NCBI GenBank assembly: GCA_035301345.1
Contig: DATGUM010000037.1
Coordinates: 21,289 to 85,288 of the forward strand
From: Bacillota bacterium
Lineage (GTDB): Bacteria > Bacillota > Bacilli > Bacillales > Amphibacillaceae
Direction of reading: 5' to 3'
DNA length: 64,000 nt
This document shows positions 21,641 to 33,439 of this stretch, piece by piece. Under the pieces are notes generated by a model. That model searched no databases. It was given only the letters and a program-made list of their open reading frames with translations, and had not been told where the DNA came from. The position numbers and the translations under genes are program-made. Each line of letters opens with the position of its first letter. The first letter of the stretch is position 1.

Positions 21641-22839
21641 TCATCCTTTAAATCTTCAATAATAAACTCAAAAATTTGCCCGGCAATCGTTTGCTTAGAA
21701 GCCATTGGAAGTTGTTCTGACTTTCCTGCTTTATTTAAATAAGTCACTTGATTCGTGTCAACAGCAAAGCCTGCACCTTCTTGTAAAATATCATTAATAA
21801 CGATTGCATCTAAGTTTTTCTTTTTTAATTTTTTGGCACCATTTTCAATAACGTCATTCGATTCTGCTGCAAAACCGACGAGGTATTGATTTGTTTTCAT
21901 ATCGCCTAAACTTTTTAAAATATCTTCGGTTCGCTCAAGTTCTATCGACCAATCACCTGGTAACTTCTTTATCTTCTGATCTTGAATTGTTTTTGGACGA
22001 TAATCTGCTACAGCAGCTGCTTTAATGACGATATCTTGATTATTAAAATTTCCCTTCATAGCCTCTGCCATTTCACTTGCTGATGTTACGTTAATTATAT
22101 TTATGTTTTTATTTTGCGTCTTTTCATGAACAGGACCTGAAACTAATGTCACTGTCGCACCTAAATTTGCAGCAACTTCTGCAATGGCGTATCCCATTTT
22201 TCCCGATGAACGGTTAGAAAAGAAACGTACAGGATCTATTTGTTCAACCGTTGGTCCGGCAGAAATAAGCACATTTTTATTAAGTAGTGGTAAACTGTTT
22301 TGTTCTTTCGTCACTAAAAAGTGAATAATCGCTTCTGGTTCTTCCATCCGGCCCTTACCGACATAACCGCAAGCTAAATAACCTGCTCCAGGTTCAATAA
22401 ACGTATAACCCCATTCTTTCAGCGTCTTAATATTAGTAGCAACTGCTGGATGAGCATACATATGAACATTCATCGCCGGTGCTATAAAAACAGGTGCTTC
22501 TGTCGCCAATAAAGTCGTTGTCACCATATCATCAGCAATTCCTTGAGCTAACTTACTAATCGTGTTTGCTGTTGCTGGAGCGATAAGAACGATGTCTGCC
22601 CAATCAGCAACATCAATATGCGATATATTTTCTGGCGTGTTTTCAATAAACGTATCAATAAAAACTTCATTTCGACTTAATGCTTGAAAAGTAAGTGGTG
22701 AAACGAATTTTGTCGCACTTTCTGTCATAATTACTTTGACGTTTGCTCCCATTTGTGTCAATTGGCTTGTTAGTGTGCATGCTTTATACACGGCTATTCC
22801 ACCTGTGACTGCTAATACGATATTTTTATTTTTCACCAT
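21637..22839 (-). CDS. coaBC: Phosphopantothenoylcysteine decarboxylase/synthetase
   Basis: TGGIAVYK, PAMNVHM, LACGYVGKGR, NRSSGKMG motifs. Confidence 0.96.
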   Translation of the reverse strand: MVKNKNIVLAVTGGIAVYKACTLTSQLTQMGANVKVIMTESATKFVSPLTFQALSRNEVFIDTFIENTPENISHIDVADWADIVLIAPATANTISKLAQGIADDMVTTTLLATEAPVFIAPAMNVHMYAHPAVATNIKTLKEWGYTFIEPGAGYLACGYVGKGRMEEPEAIIHFLVTKEQNSLPLLNKNVLISAGPTVEQIDPVRFFSNRSSGKMGYAIAEVAANLGATVTLVSGPVHEKTQNKNINIINVTSASEMAEAMKGNFNNQDIVIKAAAVADYRPKTIQDQKIKKLPGDWSIELERTEDILKSLGDMKTNQYLVGFAAESNDVIENGAKKLKKKNLDAIVINDILQEGAGFAVDTNQVTYLNKAGKSEQLPMASKQTIAGQIFEFIIEDLKDE

Positions 22840-22871
22840 TGATATTCACCTTTTTCTTCCTATTAATGAAC

Positions 22872-22906
22872 AAAAACCCCCGACATATGATGACGGGGGA
22901 TTTTTT
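22872..22906 (-). terminator. Intrinsic terminator-like hairpin between rpoZ and coaBC
   Basis: CCCCCG...CGGGGG stem flanked by A/T tracts. Confidence 0.65.
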
Positions 22907-22915
22907 AACATGTAA

Positions 22916-23110
22916 TCATTTTTCTTTTACGAATAACTTTTCAGCTTTCACTTCTTCAAGAGCAATGCCTACTTCTGTTGTTGATTTAGGGTGTTCTAAT
23001 ACTGAACGACCTGTTTCTCTTATTTCACGTGCACGTTGTGCTGCTAAAGTAACTAATGTATATTTTGACTCTACCTTTTCTCTTAACGAATCAATTGATG
23101 GTTCAATCAT
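22916..23110 (-). CDS. rpoZ: RNA polymerase omega subunit
   Basis: PSIDSL..KVESKYTLVTLAAQRARE motif; follows gmk. Confidence 0.95.
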   Translation of the reverse strand: MIEPSIDSLREKVESKYTLVTLAAQRAREIRETGRSVLEHPKSTTEVGIALEEVKAEKLFVKEK

Positions 23111-23116
23111 GTAAAA

Positions 23117-23728
23117 TCATCCTTTCAATAATTGTTTATATTGTTGAGATACACGCTCTCTCTTACAGTGCTCACTCGTAATAATTGCTTGTATTTTACT
23201 GACGGCTTGATCGACGTCATCATTGACGACGACATAATCATAAGCGTCCATCATATTTATTTCTTTCTCGGCCTCTTTTAAACGATTTAATACGAGTTCC
23301 TCAGATTCAGTACCACGTTTAACAATTCTATCTTTTAATTCTTCTAAATTCGGAGGAAGTAAAAATATAAAAATACCTTCTGAAAAATTCTCTTTTACTT
23401 GCATAGCCCCTTGAACTTCTATTTCTAAAAATACATCGTCCCCTGCTTCTATCGTGTCTAATACATATTTTTTAGGCGTACCATAATAATTATCAACGTA
23501 TTCCGCATGTTCTAGAAGTTCTCCACGCTCAATTAAATCTTCAAATGCTTCTTTAGAACGATAAAAGTAATCTTCACCTTCTACCTCTCCAGGTCTTTTC
23601 GATCGTGTCGTCATTGAAACAGAGTACTTTAATTGGTCTTCTCGTTCAAAAAGTCTTTCTCTAACCGTTCCTTTCCCGACACCTGAAGGTCCTGATAATA
23701 CGAATAAAATTCCTTTTTCTTCGATCAC
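23117..23728 (-). CDS. gmk: Guanylate kinase
   Basis: [20 protein letters not shown] motifs. Confidence 0.97.
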   Translation of the reverse strand: MIEEKGILFVLSGPSGVGKGTVRERLFEREDQLKYSVSMTTRSKRPGEVEGEDYFYRSKEAFEDLIERGELLEHAEYVDNYYGTPKKYVLDTIEAGDDVFLEIEVQGAMQVKENFSEGIFIFLLPPNLEELKDRIVKRGTESEELVLNRLKEAEKEINMMDAYDYVVVNDDVDQAVSKIQAIITSEHCKRERVSQQYKQLLKG

Positions 23729-23743
23729 ACGACTGCCTCCTAA

Positions 23744-24004
23744 TTATTCATCCGCTAATTCATCATGACTAAGAACCCGTTGTCCCACTGTTTCTGGTTG
23801 TACTGCTGATAAAACGACATGATCGCTATCAGTAACAATGACCGCACGTGTTCTTCTTCCATATGTTGCATCGACTAACTTGTTATTTTTTCTAGCAACA
23901 GTAACGATTCGCTTAATTGGAGCTGATTCTGGAGCTACAATAGAAATGACTCGACTAGCTGAAACGACATTTCCAAAACCAATATTAATTAATTGCAAAC
24001 CCAA
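23744..24004 (-). CDS. remA: Extracellular matrix/biofilm regulator RemA (YlzA, DUF370)
   Basis: [12 protein letters not shown]...SAPIKR...[25 protein letters not shown]; start set at TTG 24004. Confidence 0.93.
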   Translation of the reverse strand: MGLQLINIGFGNVVSASRVISIVAPESAPIKRIVTVARKNNKLVDATYGRRTRAVIVTDSDHVVLSAVQPETVGQRVLSHDELADE

Positions 24005-24357
24005 GAAGCTCCACCCCCCTATTTCATATTTCATTAAACTTTATATATATTTTATATTTTTGATACATTTTTCACTTAATGTATTATAGCAAAAATCACG
24101 TTAAATGAAAATCAGAAATCGTCATTTACATACATTTGTTCAATATTAAACATATATTATACATGTTTTCTCATAAAATTTTAATGACATGCCCTTTCTA
24201 TTTTAGAATATTGTATGAGTAAAATGTTTGTGGAACTATGTCCTACTTGTTGTGTAAAGTTTTTACTTCAGAGACGTATTTATTTAAATGAGTAGGTAAA
24301 ATATACGTAGACAGAGAAAAAATGACTAAAAGAAGCAGGAAAATCTTCCAACAGCTC

Positions 24358-24532
24358 AAGTGAAAGAACGATACGAAGACTGACGAAGAATGTACCCCAA
24401 TTCTTCTTACCTGCGGGAAAAGCCGTGTCCGAAGACCCCTGTCACTGAGCGGTAGCGAAGGGACAGAGGCTGATGGTGCGAAGAATGCACTTCAATTCTT
24501 CGTGGGCAAGCGTAGTATCGTTCTGAAACGAT
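24358..24532. repeat. 175-bp GC-rich structured intergenic repeat (long copy of the rnc-leader core)
   Basis: Closing IR AGAACGATAC(24365-74)/GTATCGTTCT(24515-24); two direct 23-bp hairpin boxes CGAAGAATG-N5-CAATTCTTC at 24384 and 24479; inner CTGTC..GACAG hairpin. Confidence 0.8.
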
Positions 24533-24663
24533 CGCCAAGTGATTAACAAATAATTTTAAAAAAATCTATACAAAAGATGGTATTTTGAACATATTTATTA
24601 GGTACCCACAAATACTTGACTCAATCTAGAATAGCAGTATGCGTGCACGACTATTTTAATTAA

Positions 24664-24672
24664 TGCTATAAT
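24664..24672 (+). promoter_or_regulatory. Extended -10 promoter of rqcH
   Basis: TGCTATAAT just before the GAGGTG RBS. Confidence 0.55.
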
Positions 24673-24692
24673 AGTTTTCATGAGGTGATTAA

Positions 24693-26390
24693 ATGCCGTT
24701 TGATGGTATCGTAACAAAATCAGTCGTCCATGAATTATCCAATACTTTAGTCAATGGGCGTATATCAAAAATTACTCAACATACTGAAACTGATGTTTTA
24801 TTAACAGTTCGTAGCCAGAGAAAAAACTATCGATTACTATTTTCCATTCATCCAACATATGCTCGCTTCCATTTAACAGATGACACGTTTATTAATCCAC
24901 AAGCACCTCTTATGTTTTGTACCGTTTTAAGAAAACATATATCTAGTGCAGTCATCGAATCTATTGAGCAAGACGATTTAGAAAGAATTGTTTATTTTAA
25001 ATTAAGAGCAATTGATGAAATTGGTGATACATCATATAAATATTTGATTTTAGAATTAATGGGACGCCATAGTAATTTACTCCTTGTTAATGAGGAACAA
25101 ACAAAAATAATTGACAGTTTGAAGCACGTTTCTGGCAGCCAAAATCGCTACAGAACCATTTTACCAGGGTTCGATTACGTATCTCCACCTGCTCAAGACA
25201 AACTCAATCCATTAATAATAGCAGGTGACGATTTTATTAAGAAACTTGATTTTAACGCTGGTAAACTTGATCGCCAACTCGTTGATAAATTCTCAGGCTT
25301 CTCTCCATTTTTCACAAAGGAAATCGTTAATCAGTCAACGCTCGGTTCAACTGATTCATTAAAAGAAAGCTTTTTAACATTTATGCAACGGATAAATAAT
25401 CATACATTTACTCCAACAATTTTTAAAGGAGAACGGGAAGATTTCCACGTATTCTCACTTTCATACGTTGCAGGTGATAAAATAACATTTGACTCTACAA
25501 ATGAAATGCTCGATCATTTCTTTTCAGGAAAAGCGGAACGGGATCGTGTTAAACAACAGGCACAAGATCTTCGCCGATTTTTAACGAACGAAATAAAGAA
25601 AAATGAACGTAAATTAAATATCCATTATAAAACGTTAGAAAAAGCGAAAAAAGCACATAAATATCAGCATTACGGTGAACTTTTGACAGCGCATATGCAT
25701 ACGTTAAAACTTGGTGATAAGGTAGCAAATGTTATTGATTATTATGACCCTGAACAAAAAGAAATTTCAATTCCACTAAAACAGGATAAAACACCTAGTG
25801 AAAATGCGCAGAATTACTTTACACGATATAGAAAACTTAATAACTCTAAGCAAATGGTCACTCGTGAAATTAACCGTACGAATAACGAGCTGATTTATTT
25901 AAATGGTTTAGTGCAGCAACTAGAAATCGCTCGAGAATCAGATGTCGAAGATATTCGCGAGGAGTTACGAGAACAAGGGTACTTAAAAAAACAAAAGAAA
26001 AAACGTCATAAAAGAGCAAAAATTAAGCCACAACACTTTGTTGCCTCAGATGGAACAGACATATTTGTCGGTCGAAATAACAAACAAAATGACTACGTCA
26101 CACATCGACTAGCAAATAGAAATGATACGTGGTTACATGCGAAAGAAATTCCCGGCTCACATGTCGTTATTCGTTCGCAACAACCGACAGAGGAAACTTT
26201 ACTAGAAGCAGCTCAATTAGCAGCTTACTATAGTCGAGCACGTGGCTCATCATCTGTGCCAATTGATTACACACTTATTAGATACGTCAATAAACCAAGT
26301 GGTGCAAAGCCAGGTTTCGTCATCTACACAGATGAAAAAACTATCTTTGTTGATGGTGATAAACCAATGACTGTAACTGTTCAATCATAA
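24693..26390 (+). CDS. rqcH: Ribosome quality control factor RqcH (FbpA/YloA, NFACT)
   Basis: MPFDG, ELMGRHSN, GRNNKQND, WLHAKEIPGSHV, KPSGAKPGFVIY motifs. Confidence 0.95.
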   Translation: MPFDGIVTKSVVHELSNTLVNGRISKITQHTETDVLLTVRSQRKNYRLLFSIHPTYARFHLTDDTFINPQAPLMFCTVLRKHISSAVIESIEQDDLERIVYFKLRAIDEIGDTSYKYLILELMGRHSNLLLVNEEQTKIIDSLKHVSGSQNRYRTILPGFDYVSPPAQDKLNPLIIAGDDFIKKLDFNAGKLDRQLVDKFSGFSPFFTKEIVNQSTLGSTDSLKESFLTFMQRINNHTFTPTIFKGEREDFHVFSLSYVAGDKITFDSTNEMLDHFFSGKAERDRVKQQAQDLRRFLTNEIKKNERKLNIHYKTLEKAKKAHKYQHYGELLTAHMHTLKLGDKVANVIDYYDPEQKEISIPLKQDKTPSENAQNYFTRYRKLNNSKQMVTREINRTNNELIYLNGLVQQLEIARESDVEDIREELREQGYLKKQKKKRHKRAKIKPQHFVASDGTDIFVGRNNKQNDYVTHRLANRNDTWLHAKEIPGSHVVIRSQQPTEETLLEAAQLAAYYSRARGSSSVPIDYTLIRYVNKPSGAKPGFVIYTDEKTIFVDGDKPMTVTVQS

Positions 26391-26430
26391 AAGACAAGGG
26401 GGAAAAACTCATGTGCTCCCCTTGTCTTTT
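26389..26430. terminator. Bidirectional terminator between rqcH and the LysR gene
   Basis: AAAAGACAAGGGG...CCCCTTGTCTTTT hairpin. Confidence 0.8.
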
Positions 26431-27286
26431 ATATATACGTTTCCTCTAGCAACAAATCAATGAAACTGCTCACTTGTGGGAGTGAACGATTAGCTTCTTT
26501 AAAACATGCCCACGTATCACGCGTCACAAGTTGTCCCTCTATTTTTAACGGCATATGTGGATATTCGTCCATAAGTGACTCAGACACACTTTGTGGCAAA
26601 ACAGCCATACCTATTCCTTCCATCATAAATCGTTTACACGTCTCAATTTGATCAACAGTAATCGTTTTTATTGGCTTTATCTGTGCTTGTTTATTGAGCC
26701 AAGTATCGACTAATTCATTCATACTGTCATCAGTTTTAAACGAAATTAATGGTCTATTCTTCATTACATTTTTAGAAAAAGGTTCCGTATCAAATAAATA
26801 AAGAGGGTCTGAAAACAGCAGTTTTGAAACACTTTCTTTTAATTGCGTCCCACGAATAATACATATGTGATAATCATCATAATTATTTTTAATCGTCTCA
26901 CTAATCCCCGTCACTAAGTCAATAACTACGTGAGGAAATTTTTCAGTGAAATTAGCTAATATTTTTGGTAAGAAACGCTGACTAACTAACGTTGAGCAAG
27001 CAATCGACAACGTTCCCCTTACTTCTTCACTCGTCTGTAATAGTTTGTTTTTTAATTGTTGTTCTTTTTCTAACACGTCTTTGGCAAACTCTAAGATAAG
27101 TTCTCCTTCTGGTGTAATAATTAATTGTTTTGGTGTACGAATAAAAATATGTGTATTAAAATACTTTTCAATATATCTTAAGCGCTGCGAAACTGCTGGT
27201 TGAGAAATGAGTACTTCTTTTGCAGTTCCTCGAATTGTTCCGACTTCATTTAACTTAATTAACAGCGAGTAATCTTCTACTTTCAT
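26429..27286 (-). CDS. LysR-family regulator, CcpC/CcpE-like
   Basis: LysR HTH (ISQPAVSQRL); ITVDQIETCK, RDTW and LPQV motifs recall B. subtilis CcpC and S. aureus CcpE. Confidence 0.8.
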   Translation of the reverse strand: MKVEDYSLLIKLNEVGTIRGTAKEVLISQPAVSQRLRYIEKYFNTHIFIRTPKQLIITPEGELILEFAKDVLEKEQQLKNKLLQTSEEVRGTLSIACSTLVSQRFLPKILANFTEKFPHVVIDLVTGISETIKNNYDDYHICIIRGTQLKESVSKLLFSDPLYLFDTEPFSKNVMKNRPLISFKTDDSMNELVDTWLNKQAQIKPIKTITVDQIETCKRFMMEGIGMAVLPQSVSESLMDEYPHMPLKIEGQLVTRDTWACFKEANRSLPQVSSFIDLLLEETYI

Positions 27287-27324
27287 TATAAAATCCTCCC
27301 TACAGAGACACTTACTATATAAAT

Positions 27325-27357
27325 AAAAAAACCAACTACTTTCGTAGTGGTTATTTT
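27325..27357 (-). terminator. pyr operon terminator
   Basis: ACCAACTAC/GTAGTGGT stem with a minus-strand U-tract right after the pyrE stop. Confidence 0.6.
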
Positions 27358-27973
27358 ATGTTAACCTATTTCGCCATAATTGCAATTCTGATTTTTCTTC
27401 TTCTGAAATTTTTCCTTCTTCCAACAGTAATTGTAATAAATGATCATAATTAGTAATTGTATCATAGGGCATTTGTGCTGCCTTGAATTGGTCAACTGAT
27501 TTACTTAATCCATATGTAAAAATAGCTAGTACTTTATCAACTGATGCGCCAACTTCTTTCAAAGCTTTTGCTGCATCTAGTGCCGAACCACCAGTTGAAA
27601 TTAAATCTTCAATTAATACAACACGATCACCTTCCGATACGTGTCCTTCAATTTGATTGCCTTTTCCGTGACCTTTCGGTGTTGAACGAACATAAACGAG
27701 TGGCAAATCTAACTCATAAGCTAACCATGAAGCGTGAGGAATACCTGCTGTTGCACAGCCTGCAATAATATCCGGTTGTACATCAAGTGCTAACACTTTT
27801 TCTTTAAATGCTTGAATGATTTGTTTACGAACATCTGGATACGACATCGTCAGTCGATTATCACAATAAATCGGTGACTTTATGCCAGATGTCCATGTAA
27901 AATAATTTTTCGTACGAATTTGTACAGCTTTGATTTCTAATAAGCTTTTTGCTACTTGTTTACTAACTGTCAT
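27356..27973 (-). CDS. pyrE: Orotate phosphoribosyltransferase
   Basis: WTSGIKSPIYCDNR, IEDLISTGGS (PRPP loop). Confidence 0.96.
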   Translation of the reverse strand: MTVSKQVAKSLLEIKAVQIRTKNYFTWTSGIKSPIYCDNRLTMSYPDVRKQIIQAFKEKVLALDVQPDIIAGCATAGIPHASWLAYELDLPLVYVRSTPKGHGKGNQIEGHVSEGDRVVLIEDLISTGGSALDAAKALKEVGASVDKVLAIFTYGLSKSVDQFKAAQMPYDTITNYDHLLQLLLEEGKISEEEKSELQLWRNRLT

Positions 27974-28667
27974 GACCCCACTCCTTTACAGCTTGATTAT
28001 ATGCAGCTAAAGGATTGTCTGCTGCGGTTATACTTCGACCAATCACTAAAATATCTGACCCGTTTGTTCGCGCAAATGCAGGCGTTGCAATCCGCTTTTG
28101 ATCATTAGCATCTGTATCTGTTAAACGAATGCCTGGAGTGACTGTTAAAAATTCTTCACCACAAGCTTCCTTAATTGCTTTAGCTTCATGAACAGAACAA
28201 ACAACACCATCAGCACCGCTCTTTCGAGTGACCTTTGCTAAGTGAATCGCACTTTCGTGTAAAGATTGTTGCAATTGTAATTCTGATTGTACAGTTTCTT
28301 CGCTATGTGACGTCAAAATTGTCACACCAATTAATTTCGTTCGTTCATTACCTTTACCTGAAAGTAAGCCTTCTTTTGCTCGTTTAATCATCTCACTTCC
28401 ACCAAGTGCGTGAACATTAACGATATCAATATTTAAAGTTGATAAACTCTTCATCGCATGATGAACTGTATTCGGTATATCATGTAATTTTAAATCAAGA
28501 AATATTTTATGACCATTTTCTTTTAACTTTTCAATAATATGTGGGCCCTCACGATAAAATAATTCCATTCCTACTTTAACTGGGACACCTTGTAAATCAT
28601 TTTTGTTAATAAATTGACTTGCCTCATCCCAAGACGGGAAGTCTAACGCCAAAAAAATGTTATCCAT
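27963..28667 (-). CDS. pyrF: Orotidine-5'-phosphate decarboxylase
   Basis: FLDLKLHDIPNT, TPGIR, VIGRSI motifs. Confidence 0.96.
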   Translation of the reverse strand: MDNIFLALDFPSWDEASQFINKNDLQGVPVKVGMELFYREGPHIIEKLKENGHKIFLDLKLHDIPNTVHHAMKSLSTLNIDIVNVHALGGSEMIKRAKEGLLSGKGNERTKLIGVTILTSHSEETVQSELQLQQSLHESAIHLAKVTRKSGADGVVCSVHEAKAIKEACGEEFLTVTPGIRLTDTDANDQKRIATPAFARTNGSDILVIGRSITAADNPLAAYNQAVKEWGHDS

Positions 28668-28670
28668 TCT

Positions 28671-30337
<1,667 letters not shown>

Positions 30338-30376
30338 GTATCACCTATCCTTTTCAATCATTGAATGATTATCTTC

Positions 30377-31651
30377 TTATATATCATCCGAATATACTAT
30401 TGTTCCTTCAAATATTGTAAGAACAGGCACACCTTTTACTTTCCAATCGTTAAATGGTGTATTCTTTCCTTTTGATGCAAATTCATTCTTATCAATTGTA
30501 AAACTATCCTCTAAGTTAATAAGTGTTAAATCAGCAAGTTCATTTTCAGCTAACTGTCCATATGGTAATTGAAAGACTTCTGCAGGTATTCTAGTCATAC
30601 GATCAACTAACTGCTGAAGCGATAATTTCCCTGTTTTAACAAGGTATGTATATAGTAACGGAAAAGCTGTTTCAAGTCCGACAATTCCAAAAGGTGCTGT
30701 TAAAAATCCATTTGCTTTTTCCTCTGCTGTATGTGGTGCATGATCTGTTGCAATCATATCAATTGTTCCATCAATTAACCCTTCTAATAAAGCTTCTTGA
30801 TCGTCTTTACTTCGAAGCGGAGGATTCATCTTAAAATCAGCATCGTCAGTTTTCACATCGTCTTCATTTAAAATTAAATGATGTGGGCTCACTTCTGCTG
30901 TTACACGAATACCTGCTTTTTTTGCATCACGAATGACACGAACAGACTCTTTCGTGCTAACATGACATACATGATAATGACAATTTGCAGCCTCAGCAAG
31001 CAACACGTCTCTTGCAATTTGTACAGACTCACATATAGATGGTATGCCTGGTAAATCAAGACGTTCATTTACTGTTCCTTCGTGACAAACACCACCATAA
31101 AGAATTGAATTATCTTCGCAATGCGCAACAATTGGTTTGTTTACCTTTGCCGCTTCTAGCATTGCTTGATACATCATGTGCGCTTCTTGAATACCGACTC
31201 CGTCATCCGTAAAAGCAAACACATTCTCCTGAGCAACATCCTTAATGTTAACGAGTGTTTCTCCTTGTAAATCTTCCGTAATCGCAGCATATGGAATAAC
31301 TCTAATTTGTGCGTCTTCCGTTATTTTTTCATTAAGTGAGCGAACTTTTTCAACGTTATCAGGAACAGGGTTTGTATTTGGCATAGCACAAACTGTTGTA
31401 AATCCACCACGAGCTGCAGAAGCTGTTCCTGTCACAATCGTTTCTTTTGCTTCTCCACCTGGTTCACGTAAGTGAATGTGTACATCAATTAATCCTGGTG
31501 TTAATAGATGCCCTTTCCCGTCGATTACGTTATGGGCATCTGAAGTAATTTCTGAAGCAATCTCTTTAATCTGCTTCCCTTCAATTAATACATCACACGA
31601 AACTAACTCATTAGATACTAATCGTTTGACGTTCTTTAATAATATCGTCAT
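30377..31651 (-). CDS. pyrC: Dihydroorotase
   Basis: [28 protein letters not shown] motifs. Confidence 0.96.
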   Translation of the reverse strand: MTILLKNVKRLVSNELVSCDVLIEGKQIKEIASEITSDAHNVIDGKGHLLTPGLIDVHIHLREPGGEAKETIVTGTASAARGGFTTVCAMPNTNPVPDNVEKVRSLNEKITEDAQIRVIPYAAITEDLQGETLVNIKDVAQENVFAFTDDGVGIQEAHMMYQAMLEAAKVNKPIVAHCEDNSILYGGVCHEGTVNERLDLPGIPSICESVQIARDVLLAEAANCHYHVCHVSTKESVRVIRDAKKAGIRVTAEVSPHHLILNEDDVKTDDADFKMNPPLRSKDDQEALLEGLIDGTIDMIATDHAPHTAEEKANGFLTAPFGIVGLETAFPLLYTYLVKTGKLSLQQLVDRMTRIPAEVFQLPYGQLAENELADLTLINLEDSFTIDKNEFASKGKNTPFNDWKVKGVPVLTIFEGTIVYSDDI

Positions 31652-32534
31652 GCATAATCCCCCAGTCTTTTAGTAAGTTTGCCATTATAGACATTCTAAC
31701 ATAAACACCGTTATTCATTTGCTTAAAGATTCTTGAACGTTCACATTCAACAAGTTCCGAATCGATTTCAACGCCGCGGTTAATCGGTGCCGGGTGCATA
31801 ATGATTGCGTGATCTTTCATTTTGCTTTCACGTTCTTTTGTTAAACCGTAATTAACTAAAAAGTTGCTCACTGATGAGTTAAAGCTATCATGTCTTTCAT
31901 GTTGAATACGTAGTAGCATTAACGCATCACACATTTCTACTGCTTCATCAATTGAAATGTATGGGAAGTCCATCGTTGGATCTTCGAACCCAGGAGCGGC
32001 ACATAAAAATACGTTAGCGCCTAATCTTTGTAGAGCGTATGCGTTTGACTTTGCAACTCTACTATGTCTAATATCACCTGAAATTGCTACATTTAAACCT
32101 GAAAAGCGACCGAACTCTTCATATATTGTTAGCAAGTCTAACATGCACTGTGTCGGGTGTTCTGCTTTCCCAGCACCTGCATTTATAATAGGGATGTTAA
32201 TGTTCGCATTTATTTCATCATACCAAGTGTCAGATTCGTGTCGGATAACGAGCATTTGAGCACCGATTGCTTCAAATGTTCTTGCAGTATCGTATAAAGA
32301 TTCACCTTTTTGTACACTTGAGAAATCAGCATTAAAGTCTAGCATTTCCATACCTAACTTTCTTTCAGCTACCATAAAGCTCATTTTTGTTCGTGTACTC
32401 GGTTCGAAAAATAAATTTCCTACAAACACTTGCTCATCAAGCGTATATTTTTCTTCTTTAAACACCATTGCTGTTTCTAAAATATTAACGATATCCTCAT
32501 TAGTTAACTGGCTCATTGAAATAAAATGTTTCAT
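31611..32534 (-). CDS. pyrB: Aspartate carbamoyltransferase
   Basis: [26 protein letters not shown] motifs. Confidence 0.96.
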   Translation of the reverse strand: MKHFISMSQLTNEDIVNILETAMVFKEEKYTLDEQVFVGNLFFEPSTRTKMSFMVAERKLGMEMLDFNADFSSVQKGESLYDTARTFEAIGAQMLVIRHESDTWYDEINANINIPIINAGAGKAEHPTQCMLDLLTIYEEFGRFSGLNVAISGDIRHSRVAKSNAYALQRLGANVFLCAAPGFEDPTMDFPYISIDEAVEMCDALMLLRIQHERHDSFNSSVSNFLVNYGLTKERESKMKDHAIIMHPAPINRGVEIDSELVECERSRIFKQMNNGVYVRMSIMANLLKDWGIMHDDIIKERQTISI

Positions 32535-32596
32535 TTTGCTCCTCCATCCCGCTCACATATGCAAGCAACGTTTTATTTTTGTTCGGTCGTTAGACA

Positions 32597-32699
32597 TAAA
32601 AAAATCTCTTTGCAAAGGCCGCAAAGAGATATTGTGTACTTATTTTTAGCACACTTATATATCCGCAACCTTCTAAATCTCTCTGGATTTAGTTAAAGG
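32597..32699 (-). promoter_or_regulatory. PyrR-binding attenuator 2 (pyrR-pyrB)
   Basis: Minus strand CCTTTAACTAAATCCAGAGAGATTTAGAAGG (PyrR loop), then terminator ATCTCTTTGC..GCAAAGAGATTTTTTT. Confidence 0.88.
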
Positions 32700-32713
32700 C
32701 TTTCTCATTGAAT

Positions 32714-33435
<722 letters not shown>

Positions 33436-33439
<4 letters not shown>

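Noticed and set aside
24322-24363. 13-codon ORF MTKRSRKIFQQLK running into the repeat
   Set aside because: Weak RBS and too short to support.
24384-24501. Two 23-bp palindromic direct repeats as a mini-CRISPR
   Set aside because: Only two non-identical units with a 72-bp structured spacer and no cas genes; better explained as part of the dispersed repeat.
24358-24532. GC-rich structured segment as a tRNA or known riboswitch
   Set aside because: No cloverleaf, T-loop or CCA end, and no riboswitch consensus I recognise.
31611-31651. 41-bp pyrB/pyrC overlap as a frameshift
   Set aside because: Both proteins are full length with intact motifs; overlaps are common in pyr operons.
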